From a virus, in IMG/VR virus record IMGVR_UViG_3300022699_000232, positions 1 through 64,000 of that record: DNA of 64,000 bases; one strand, 5' to 3'. Numbering within the stretch: position 1 is the stretch's first letter; the number at the start of each line of letters is the position of its first letter. Below, in pieces: positions 35,478-44,173 of this stretch. Below the pieces are notes generated by a model. The model had not been told where the DNA came from, did not search any database, and saw nothing but the letters and a program-made list of their open reading frames with translations. Made by a program: the position numbers and the translations under genes.

Positions 35478-36005
35478 GTGGCTGAGGAAATTAGCGGCAA
35501 CGACTGGTTAGGACCCGTTCCGGCACCAGCACCGCCTGAAACACAGACGCGTTTGAACTACGTGATTCCGGGTAACCTGGAGCACCTTCTGGCGCGCTAC
35601 TGTGTACAGACGGAGATGAAGCCTGGTCCCTTGGTTCGGCGACTCATCACTGATTTCATGAAGGGCGAGATCGTGCTCACACAAGCCGACCTCGATCACC
35701 CCAGGGGCAAGCGAACATCCGTCGACCTCCCCGTACGCCTTCTGGACGCGTTCGAGGGGCGTTGCGAGGAGATCAAGGCACCAACGAAGGCAGCCGTAAT
35801 CGCTGCGCTTCTTCGTGAGTTCCTTCCTCCGCGTGTAAGCACTGAAGGAATCGAGAAGATCGCGGTGTCTGTGCCCACCACGATCTACAACAAGATCTAC
35901 AAGCGCTACGGGCCTGGTCCGGCTGAAGAAGTAATCGTCGAGGCCCTCTGCGACCTGATCCAAAAGAACGAGTCTCGTGCCATTCCGGCCGAGCAGGAGG
36001 CGTAG
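35478..36005 (+). CDS. tandem ribbon-helix-helix DNA-binding protein
   Basis: Three RHH-like units: RLNYVIPGNLEHLL.., KRTSVDLPVRLLDAF..TKAAVIAALLREFL, KIAVSVPTTIYNKI..EVIVEAL. Confidence 0.7.
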   Translation: MAEEISGNDWLGPVPAPAPPETQTRLNYVIPGNLEHLLARYCVQTEMKPGPLVRRLITDFMKGEIVLTQADLDHPRGKRTSVDLPVRLLDAFEGRCEEIKAPTKAAVIAALLREFLPPRVSTEGIEKIAVSVPTTIYNKIYKRYGPGPAEEVIVEALCDLIQKNESRAIPAEQEA

Positions 36006-36842
36006 GTGCCTGGTATCGCTGACATCCCCGGTGTACAGATCCACGGTAAGGGGCAGATGGACTTCGTCCTCCCCGTCGGTTACGTGGACGCAGAGAACAA
36101 GGTCCACAACAGCATCGTTCTTCGCGAGATGACCGGTGTCGAAGACGACATGATGGGCAACGCAGACCTGCCCATCGGAGAACGTGTATCCAACGTCCTC
36201 TCGGCATGCATCGTCAAGCTCGGCGACGTCGAGGATCCGGAGACGATCAAGAAGGCCGTCTGCGACGAGTTGGAGAGCGGTCTGCCTCTGACTGAACAAG
36301 ACCGCATCGCAGCCATGATCTACCTGCGTCGCGTCACTGTCGGTGATCTCTACAAGTTCGAGCGCTCTTGCCCTCGGTGCGGGACTGAGGCCAAGAACCG
36401 AGCCGTTGACCTTCGTACGCTCAAGATCGAGCAGTCGGAGCACCCGGAACGACGGCGAGTTAAGGTCGAGCTTCCGCGATCCAAGAAGGTCGCGATCATC
36501 AGGGTGCTCACGGCCAAGGGCGCCATCGAGATCGGTCGTCTGCGTCCTACTCAGGATGATCTCAAGAGCCTCGCCATCGTCGCCCGCATCGAGACCCTTG
36601 ATGGAAAGGCGCTTGGTGACCCCAGAACCGCTCTCGGCAAGATCAAGGCGCTTCCGCAGGCGGACCGCAACCTCATTCGGCAGGTCTACAACGCCATGGA
36701 GACGAACGTCGAGACCGACATCGACGTCGAGTGCCGGAATCCGATCTGTCTGAACAAGTGGCAGTTCCCACTGGACGTGGGGCAGGGTTTTTTCTTGGAC
36801 CTAGGGGGTTCCGTTTCGGCAGAGGATCTGAACTGGTTGTAG
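36006..36842 (+). CDS. tail/baseplate assembly chaperone, T4 gp26-like
   Basis: LREMTGVEDDMM..DRIAAMIYLRRVTVGDLYKFERSCPRCG..VDL..VELPRSK..ECRNPIC; directly upstream of the tape measure gene. Confidence 0.8.
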   Translation: MPGIADIPGVQIHGKGQMDFVLPVGYVDAENKVHNSIVLREMTGVEDDMMGNADLPIGERVSNVLSACIVKLGDVEDPETIKKAVCDELESGLPLTEQDRIAAMIYLRRVTVGDLYKFERSCPRCGTEAKNRAVDLRTLKIEQSEHPERRRVKVELPRSKKVAIIRVLTAKGAIEIGRLRPTQDDLKSLAIVARIETLDGKALGDPRTALGKIKALPQADRNLIRQVYNAMETNVETDIDVECRNPICLNKWQFPLDVGQGFFLDLGGSVSAEDLNWL

Positions 36843-36875
36843 GACACCGGTTTAGTGGATTCTGGCCCCTAGGTC
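36785..36875 (+). promoter_or_regulatory. -1 programmed ribosomal frameshift signal
   Basis: Slippery G GGT TTT at 36785-36791 in the chaperone frame, 6-nt spacer, 10-bp stem GACCTAGGGG (36798-36807) / CCCCTAGGTC (36866-36875). Confidence 0.85.
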
Positions 36876-37114
36876 TAAAATCGAATCTGGAGTACGACTG
36901 GCTTTTCCTAGCGGAGGCTTACAAGTACACCCACGAAGAAGTGTTGGCTATGCCATGTTCCCGGCGGCACAAGCAGGTGAAGTTCCGCCAGGAAGCGGTT
37001 AACCAACAGAATTCGGGCGGCGGAGACGTAGGCGCGGGTACTGGTGCTCGCCTACCGGCGACCTGGTGGCAAGCCCATCAGCGAGCCAAGGCGGTTGGGC
37101 AAGCACAGGGGTAA
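36791..37114 (+). CDS. frameshift-accessed C-terminal extension of the tail chaperone (lambda gpT / T4 gp51-like)
   Basis: -1 frame reads ..LEYDWLFLAEAYKYTHEEVLAMPCSRR..; no good own start; ends 3 nt before the tape measure start. Confidence 0.75.
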   Translation, partial: FLGPRGFRFGRGSELVVGHRFSGFWPLGLKSNLEYDWLFLAEAYKYTHEEVLAMPCSRRHKQVKFRQEAVNQQNSGGGDVGAGTGARLPATWWQAHQRAKAVGQAQG

Positions 37115-37117
37115 TCC

Positions 37118-40100
37118 GTGGCGCGCGTGTTCGACTTCGGGATCGGCATCACGGCGGAAGACGAAGCCTCTTCCGTCATCCAGAACGTCATCCAGGACGT
37201 CGGAAACCTCAGAAATTCACTCACCTCGATGTCGGACGCCGGAACCGTCGAGGACATCATGGGTGGCTGGGATCCGACGGCACTCATCCCCGCCGAAGAT
37301 GCGCTCGATGACATGCGACGCATCCTCGGAGACGTTGGCGAAGTCCTCGTCGACATCTCCAAGGATACGGAGTTCATGGCGAAGGCGCTCGGTCGTGGTG
37401 CGACCGACTTTGCTGTTGAGCTTGAAGAGGTCAAGCCTGCGCTGGAGCAGGTGAAGCCGGAGCTTCACGAGGTCACTAGGGGACTTTGTGCTATCGACGA
37501 GTGCGCTGATAAAGCGTCTGTATCCCTGAAGGAAGTTTCCGATAGTTCCTCTGGTCTTGGAAAGATCCTACGCAAGCTCGATTCGGGCTTAGGGGACATC
37601 GTGGACGGGTTCGCCGATCTTGTCGGACTCGTTGGTGGTGCCGTTCCTCTCGGTCTTTCGAAGATCGAGCATGAATCTGTTCGACTCAACGCCTCTCTCG
37701 GTCAGTCACGCGACCAATCGATGGAGTTCGCGCGCAGCGTAACCGAGATAGCAGAGAGTACTGGTCTCTCGACTGATTCGATCCTGAAACTTCAGACGAA
37801 CCTCGCGAAGGCAGGACTACGCTTCGATGAGACTACAGAGGCAGGTAGGCGGCAGATCGAAACGTACGCGCACTTGCAGGAGACCTACAAACTAGGTGCT
37901 GAAGAAACACAGCGTCTTGCCGGTGCAATGCACGCCATGGGCAATTCTGTAGAGGATCTGGCCGGCGTCGGTCGTCGCTTTGAGAAGGAATTTCAGGTTC
38001 CAGGCATCATTGCGACGCTACCTGAAGCTGCCGACGCCGCGATGGATGCGCAGGCACAGTTCGGCTCACTAGTGGGTCGATCCTCGCGTGACATCATGGT
38101 CAACATCCAACGCATGACGGGTGTATACGCTCGCGCGCTCGGCACAACAGCCGCCAATGCCGCCGACAAGGCACGTCAGACCTTCATGCACTTCCAGGGC
38201 GAGATTGAGCACTTCGAAGATCTCTTCCTTGGTCTGGAAGATGATGTATCGCCGATGCAGCGGGCATTCCTGGAGACCGGAATGTCGTTTGCCAGTATGG
38301 AGGACATGATCCGCATGGGCGCAGAAGCGCCCATGGAGTTTGCTCAGAGCGTTCTTGCCATCAGAGATCAGATGGACCCGCAGATGGGTCAGCGCTTCTT
38401 CCGTCAGATTCTTCGTGCTAGCGACGAGACTACACGCAAGATTCTTACGCAGCAGGAGATCTTGCGGCACGGTACGGAGCAAGAGAAGAAGGATCTCGAA
38501 GAGCTAATGAAGAAGGAGGAGGACGCTCAGAAGCAACAAGAAGCCTTCAACAACATGATCTCTGAGATGCGTCGTAACGCCGTCGACGCTTTCGACATCT
38601 TCAACAACCTGCTTGGTGTATTCCGAGAGGAGGTTAAGCTCGATTTCGCCGATGCGATCCAGCAAGGACTGACACATCTCATCAAGCTGATTCCGAAGGG
38701 AATCCAGCTATGGCGCGACTTCAGTGGATTCGTGCGCGGAACCAGCGACGTCTTTGAGGGCTACGGCCCCGTCTTGTCATCTGTCGCCGGTGCATTGCGC
38801 GGACTCTTTACGAACGCCGAGGACGGAAGCAATCAGTTCAACGAGATCACCGGTAATGCCGTTGCGTTCGGGGTCGGTTTGTCTACGGTTGCTGGTGCTG
38901 CTGGCGTACTAGTGAAGGTTGTCAAGCCGCTTTGGAAGATCCTCAAGGGTGGTGGAAAGATCCTCAAGTCTATCGGGAAGCACCTACTGTCCGTTGGGCG
39001 AGAGGCTGCCGCCGCAGGACGCGGTGCAGGTGCGATGCGGGGATCGATGAAGGCTCTCGGCGTCGTTGTCAAGCGTATTGCTGTACCTCTCGGCATCGCT
39101 ATCGCGGCCTTCGACAACGTCAAGGAGGCTGTGCTCGGAGTTGCCGACATCATCTCAGATCCAAATAAGACCGGTTTCGAGAAGTTCGAGGACATCGTCG
39201 GTGAGGTGCTCGGCGCGGTCTGGGGCACTTTCGACGACTTCTTCCTCGGCCTCCCCGGCAAGTTTGTGGAGGGCTTCAATAACGTCGGTCGTTCGATCAG
39301 TACAGAAGGAGCCGAGGATTTTGGTAAGGCAGTCGGCGACTTGCTCGGCAACGGGCTCGCGACGATGGTCAGTTGGTTCAGCGAGTCGGTCATTCCGTGG
39401 TTCCGGAATACTCTCGTGCCCGGCATCCAGGACACTCTGTCTGCTATGGGCACGGGTGAATTCTGGAAGGATCTGGGTCTCAAGCTCCTGAGTGGATTCG
39501 CGGCTATCGGCGACCAGATCCTCGCTTTCTTCAGTGGTCTTGGCGAGGGTTTTGTCAATGCGTTTAGTGTTCCCCTCGAAGGGCTCAAGCCGACCGTGGA
39601 GATCATCTGGCTCAAACTCCAAAAGGCTCTCACGATAGGTATTTTGGGGTGGGTCGACACGTTCATGAACCAGATCTCGACGATTAAGTTGGCCTCGACA
39701 AACGCATTTGCTTATATCGAAAAGACCTGGGAAACGGTCACTTTCAAGCTGGAGCATAATTTCCAGTTGTTTGTCGCCAGCGCTCTCAGTCACTTGGCAG
39801 CGTTGGCGCAGGCTGTTCTTGATAATGCTGCTGTACTCGGAATTACCGTAGATCAAGCGAATCTAGGTGTCGACGCAGTCCGCTCCGCCGCTAACGCTGT
39901 TCTGGCCGCAGCGGGGACTGCTCGTGAGGAACACGAAAATGAGATGGAGCGGATTGAGGATGAGCGTGCTGCGAGTCAATCAGCCATCATCGATGAGATC
40001 AGGATGCGCGAGGCGGCCACGGATGCTGCCGCCGCGGACTTTGATAGACGTGTCGAAGAGCAGCAGGAAGTTCTCAACAAGCTCGCTGAGCAGCGTGCCG

Positions 40101-40492
40101 AAGCTGATGCGGCGGCTGCGCGTGAAGCGATGGGCATCGCCGCGCGCGAGGACGAGCCAGGGGCCGAGACCGGCAGTACTGCTACGTTGACCGCCGGACC
40201 GCCACCTGCCGGGGCCGGCGAAATTCCCCCGATGATCGCTGCTCCGGAGGGCACAGCCGGTGTTTCACAGGTAGTTCAGACCGCCGGCGTCGGTGCTGGC
40301 GGTGGCGGTGGTGGTGGAGCTACACGTCCAACCCCATTGGGTCCTGTTCCCGTCAATCTCAATGGGCAGATTACGGTTGCCGGTATGGGTCGTTGGGGGG
40401 CGATGATCGCCGAACAACTCGATCTCGCCCTTGCGCCCGGAAACGCCCCAGAAGATATGTCGAGCCCACATCATCAAGGGATGAACCAGTAG
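37118..40492 (+). CDS. tail tape measure protein
   Basis: 1124 aa, Ala/Gly-rich helical protein with a hydrophobic middle; N-terminal FDFGIGITAEDEAS; follows the frameshifted chaperone. Confidence 0.85.
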   Translation: MARVFDFGIGITAEDEASSVIQNVIQDVGNLRNSLTSMSDAGTVEDIMGGWDPTALIPAEDALDDMRRILGDVGEVLVDISKDTEFMAKALGRGATDFAVELEEVKPALEQVKPELHEVTRGLCAIDECADKASVSLKEVSDSSSGLGKILRKLDSGLGDIVDGFADLVGLVGGAVPLGLSKIEHESVRLNASLGQSRDQSMEFARSVTEIAESTGLSTDSILKLQTNLAKAGLRFDETTEAGRRQIETYAHLQETYKLGAEETQRLAGAMHAMGNSVEDLAGVGRRFEKEFQVPGIIATLPEAADAAMDAQAQFGSLVGRSSRDIMVNIQRMTGVYARALGTTAANAADKARQTFMHFQGEIEHFEDLFLGLEDDVSPMQRAFLETGMSFASMEDMIRMGAEAPMEFAQSVLAIRDQMDPQMGQRFFRQILRASDETTRKILTQQEILRHGTEQEKKDLEELMKKEEDAQKQQEAFNNMISEMRRNAVDAFDIFNNLLGVFREEVKLDFADAIQQGLTHLIKLIPKGIQLWRDFSGFVRGTSDVFEGYGPVLSSVAGALRGLFTNAEDGSNQFNEITGNAVAFGVGLSTVAGAAGVLVKVVKPLWKILKGGGKILKSIGKHLLSVGREAAAAGRGAGAMRGSMKALGVVVKRIAVPLGIAIAAFDNVKEAVLGVADIISDPNKTGFEKFEDIVGEVLGAVWGTFDDFFLGLPGKFVEGFNNVGRSISTEGAEDFGKAVGDLLGNGLATMVSWFSESVIPWFRNTLVPGIQDTLSAMGTGEFWKDLGLKLLSGFAAIGDQILAFFSGLGEGFVNAFSVPLEGLKPTVEIIWLKLQKALTIGILGWVDTFMNQISTIKLASTNAFAYIEKTWETVTFKLEHNFQLFVASALSHLAALAQAVLDNAAVLGITVDQANLGVDAVRSAANAVLAAAGTAREEHENEMERIEDERAASQSAIIDEIRMREAATDAAAADFDRRVEEQQEVLNKLAEQRAEADAAAAREAMGIAAREDEPGAETGSTATLTAGPPPAGAGEIPPMIAAPEGTAGVSQVVQTAGVGAGGGGGGGATRPTPLGPVPVNLNGQITVAGMGRWGAMIAEQLDLALAPGNAPEDMSSPHHQGMNQ

Positions 40493-40496
40493 CGCT

Positions 40497-40826
40497 ATGG
40501 GCACTCTGAGAAACCCGCAAGGACCGTTGCAACATGCCGAACTCGTTCAGATCAACGAGGTCGTCTTCTGGGATCGCACTATGCCTCCCGTGGTCGACCC
40601 CGTCGATACAGACGAGGACTACATCGTTCAGATGGCGGATCGCTCAGATCTGTTGACGCAGGTCAAGATGTCGAACTCACAGTGGCCTTGGGTCCTCATG
40701 GAGCGGAATCGAAGCGAGGAGGATGGCGAGATCGATATGCGCTTGTGGCCGAACGACTACGTTCCCGGCGCAACGATCAAGCTCCCTAGCCGAGACTCTG
40801 TAATCCAGCGAGGCATCTCTCCGTGA
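40497..40826 (+). CDS. baseplate LysM-like / gp53-like protein
   Basis: DEDYIVQMADRSDLLT..WPWVLMERN..PGATIKLPS, a degenerate LysM/tail-X pattern. Confidence 0.7.
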   Translation: MGTLRNPQGPLQHAELVQINEVVFWDRTMPPVVDPVDTDEDYIVQMADRSDLLTQVKMSNSQWPWVLMERNRSEEDGEIDMRLWPNDYVPGATIKLPSRDSVIQRGISP

Positions 40827-42427
40827 GTTCGCTGGGCCCTAATCAGAGCGGCGGGGTCTTCAACATCCCGCAGCAGCGTGTCCCAAAGCGAAAGGGAGAG
40901 AATTTCTCTCCCGTCAATGACCTGTACGCGCCCTACTTCGACGTCGTGTTCTATCGCCCCGAGGAGGAGACGGGGACGAGAGAGTCGGACGAGATGGAGT
41001 CGCAGGGCGTGGGTGCGTTGACTCTTAGAGAGGTTGAGGCGACCGACTCGATTGGTGCGTCGAAGATTCAGCTTCGGAGCACAGGCGGCGGCACTCAGAT
41101 TCTCAACCCTCAGGGGCCGGACAGCCCTATGGGACAACTTCTTAACTACAAGTCGAACCTTCAGATCACGATGGTTTCGGCAGCCGCACTTCAGGCAACC
41201 CTCACGCTTCAACCGCCCTACTTCGACGCGATCAACATCATCGACAGTCGTCTCATCAAGTACGGATCGTTGATGGAGGTCCAGTGGGGCTACATCAACA
41301 CAGAGACAAACCAGCCAGAGATCTCGGATAAGGGGCTCTTCACCATCGTCCAGCCGTCAATCAAGTTCGGACGTGAGGTGACACTCACGCTCGGCGGTTT
41401 CGACACTCTTTCGACTTCGCTTAGGTCTATCGATTCACGTCGTGAGTGGTCGCGCGAGAACTTCGAGAACGATCTGCTGATCCTTCGAGAGATTGTCTCC
41501 AAGGCCGGAACGGGACTCGTCATCGATGATTCTGGAGTTAAGCCCGAATCCTCTCTTCGGAAGTCGAAGTCTCGTAGCATCACTCAGGCTACCGACAACT
41601 GGACTTTCTTTCGTCGCCTCTGTCGCCAGAACGACGTGACGTTCACGCAGGTCGGTAGTACTGTCAAGCTCAGCGACCAAGAAGAACGTGATCTCGCTCC
41701 GCGAAAGTACCGGCTCATCTGGTTCATGCAGCCGCAGAAGGAGTGGGACATTCCCATGGTCTCGTTCGAGACGAATCCGCACATCGGCTACTTTGCCGGT
41801 CAGGGTTCACGCGGGCTGCTTACTATCTGCCGTGACTCAGAGACAGGCGAAGTTCGTCAAGTCGAGAATAGCCCCGTCGACCCGGGTGTTGGTCAGACAG
41901 GCGAGGGTCGGGCGCAGACAGCAGAGGGATCGCACAAGAAGGATGTGGTTAAGACCGCCGAATCGGGAAGTGTTGCAGCCTTCGGCAAGTCGGATGACAA
42001 GACCAGCACATCTGCCGGACGCGTTTACGTCCAGCCGTGTGGGAAGCCAAACCAAGACGAGGAGACAGATCGCACCAACCGTGAAATTCTGCGCAACTTC
42101 AACACCCGAGCGAGCGCGCTTTGCCCGGGTGTTCCGGGGATGGTTCCGCAGATCATTACCGAGGTGGCGAATGTCGGTAAGGTTTTCTCGGGTCACTATC
42201 GAGTGATGAAGGTCGTTCACGACATTGGTGTCGGCGGCTACACGATGCAGATCGATCTTCTACACGCCGCCAGCAGCGGCGATCCGCGCTCATCTGATAC
42301 CGATGTTCGTGCTCAGACGAAGCAGGGGCCAGAGAATCCAGATCAGCCGCCGTGTCCCGCGTCTGGCGAACTCGTCGAACCAAAGCCCGGCGATGACGCA
42401 ACTGCGGCTGCTTCGGGGGGCGCTTAG
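40823..42427 (+). CDS. baseplate hub protein (gp27 / P2 gpD-like)
   Basis: MEVQWGY..QATDNWTFFRRLC..GVPGMVP..VGKVFSGHYRVMKVVHDIGVGGYTMQIDL. Confidence 0.8.
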   Translation: MSSLGPNQSGGVFNIPQQRVPKRKGENFSPVNDLYAPYFDVVFYRPEEETGTRESDEMESQGVGALTLREVEATDSIGASKIQLRSTGGGTQILNPQGPDSPMGQLLNYKSNLQITMVSAAALQATLTLQPPYFDAINIIDSRLIKYGSLMEVQWGYINTETNQPEISDKGLFTIVQPSIKFGREVTLTLGGFDTLSTSLRSIDSRREWSRENFENDLLILREIVSKAGTGLVIDDSGVKPESSLRKSKSRSITQATDNWTFFRRLCRQNDVTFTQVGSTVKLSDQEERDLAPRKYRLIWFMQPQKEWDIPMVSFETNPHIGYFAGQGSRGLLTICRDSETGEVRQVENSPVDPGVGQTGEGRAQTAEGSHKKDVVKTAESGSVAAFGKSDDKTSTSAGRVYVQPCGKPNQDEETDRTNREILRNFNTRASALCPGVPGMVPQIITEVANVGKVFSGHYRVMKVVHDIGVGGYTMQIDLLHAASSGDPRSSDTDVRAQTKQGPENPDQPPCPASGELVEPKPGDDATAAASGGA

Positions 42428-43801
42428 ATGGCTACTTGGACACTATCTCAAACCCTCACGAATATCCGTGAACGTGGTCTGGAGAACACATTTCAGCGCT
42501 TCTACTCGTTCTACCAGTCGCGGGTAAAGAGCACGGCCGATCCGCAACAACAGGGTCGCTCTCGCGTTCATGTCGATAGTCTAGGCTACCCGCGCGAGCA
42601 TCCCGAGTTTGCGGATACGATGAGTCCTTTCGCCAGCGACGACGCTGGCTTCTACTTCCCGCCTTACGAAGACGATCTTGTTTATGTGTCCTTCGACCAA
42701 GGCGATCACTCATCGCCTATGGTGGTGGGCTCCTTTTGGAAGACGCGCGGTAATAGGCAAGTCTCTGATTCGGGGGTGCCCGCCGAATTCGTCAGGTCTG
42801 ACGAATCGGCCCCGACTGTGCGCGGCATCAAGGTCCGCGTAGGTAGCGGTCTTGCCTTCGACGAGACAGAAGACCAGGTCAAAACCGAGATGTGGACGGG
42901 TGCGTCCCAAGGTGTGGGGCAGCCTGCCGAGAAGCACCACCGTGTGCTGCTGGACGACACGACAGAGGACGAGAAAGTGGTCGTGGCTTCGTTCGGGGGT
43001 CACGAGAGTCGATGGCAAGACAAGGCCGGAGAAGTCTACCTCCGTCATAAGACTACCGACGGCCATGAAGTTCTGCTCGATGACACAGGGAAGAAGATTC
43101 TCATCAAGAGTGTTGGTGACCACGCGATCACCATCGACGACAACGCCAACACCATCGAAGCTGCAACTCAAAGTGGAAGTCGCATCTTCATCGATGGGGC
43201 GGCTAATGACATCACGTTGGAGACGCCCGGACAGAATTCGGTGTTGATCTCTGATTCGCAGATGAAGATCGAGGCATTGACGACGGGGCAGCGTAAGCTC
43301 GCACTCGACGATGCACTGCAAGTGATTCGTGCTGAGTCGCCTGGAGGGGTTCAAGTCGTTCAAGTCAGTCCTCTGACGGGCACTCAGATCACTGACAACA
43401 CGGCCGGCGGTGTTACGACACTCGCCTCTGCTGGTCCTCTGATCTCTACCGGACAAGGAACGGCTATCACGTCGGCAGGCGGAGCCCCGGCTACCATCAA
43501 CAATACCGGTACGGCTACGAGCACTTTCCAAGGGCTCATGACCGAGGATCTTCTTGGAGCCCAGACCAAGAACGTTACGGGTACGTGGAATGTCCTTGGG
43601 GGATTCATCGGGGTAATCAACGCCTTGTCTTTGGCGCTGGGAACCGGGCTTCAGCTACGACTCGTCAACGAGAACTTCTTCGCTGCTGCCTATAATGTCC
43701 ACACGCACACTACGACCATTGCCGGCGCACCAACGGGTCCGCCGATCACCGGTCTCGGTGTTGTCGGCACTCACACGACTACGCAGGTCACAGGTTCTTA
43801 A
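42428..43801 (+). CDS. baseplate central spike (gp5 / gpV-like)
   Basis: OB-fold DPQQQGRSRV..GFYFPPYEDDLVYVSFDQGDHSSPMVVGSFW, beta-helix G-H-x-I-x-L-D-D repeats, C-terminal NVHTH metal-binding tip. Confidence 0.88.
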   Translation: MATWTLSQTLTNIRERGLENTFQRFYSFYQSRVKSTADPQQQGRSRVHVDSLGYPREHPEFADTMSPFASDDAGFYFPPYEDDLVYVSFDQGDHSSPMVVGSFWKTRGNRQVSDSGVPAEFVRSDESAPTVRGIKVRVGSGLAFDETEDQVKTEMWTGASQGVGQPAEKHHRVLLDDTTEDEKVVVASFGGHESRWQDKAGEVYLRHKTTDGHEVLLDDTGKKILIKSVGDHAITIDDNANTIEAATQSGSRIFIDGAANDITLETPGQNSVLISDSQMKIEALTTGQRKLALDDALQVIRAESPGGVQVVQVSPLTGTQITDNTAGGVTTLASAGPLISTGQGTAITSAGGAPATINNTGTATSTFQGLMTEDLLGAQTKNVTGTWNVLGGFIGVINALSLALGTGLQLRLVNENFFAAAYNVHTHTTTIAGAPTGPPITGLGVVGTHTTTQVTGS

Positions 43802-44170
43802 ATGTCTGTTCCACAAGGTATTAAGGCACCCTTTGAGGTAAGCAAGACGCGCGGTTCGCCCGTCATTGTTCAGAACAACGAACTCCTTAGTAGTTCGATT
43901 CGCACAATCCTGCTGACGACGCCCGGAGAGCGTCCGTATCGGCCAACCTTCGGGTCCTGGCTTCGGAGGATGGTGTTTGCGAACATGACGGAGGGCGCTG
44001 CCTTCCAGGCGGCTGCTGAAGCTAAGCGCGCCCTAACTGCCTGGGAGAAGCGGATTACCGTGCAGGACATCCTGTTTGAGTTGGCGGAAACCTCGATCTT
44101 CCTGACCGTGATTTGGCGCCCAAATGGCGCATCAAGTCAGTTTCGAACGACCGTAGAGTTTAGGACGTAG
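43802..44170 (+). CDS. baseplate wedge / sheath initiator, gp25 (GPW)-like
   Basis: SIRTILLTTPGERPYRPTFGS..WEKRI. Confidence 0.92.
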   Translation: MSVPQGIKAPFEVSKTRGSPVIVQNNELLSSSIRTILLTTPGERPYRPTFGSWLRRMVFANMTEGAAFQAAAEAKRALTAWEKRITVQDILFELAETSIFLTVIWRPNGASSQFRTTVEFRT

Positions 44171-44173
44171 CTG

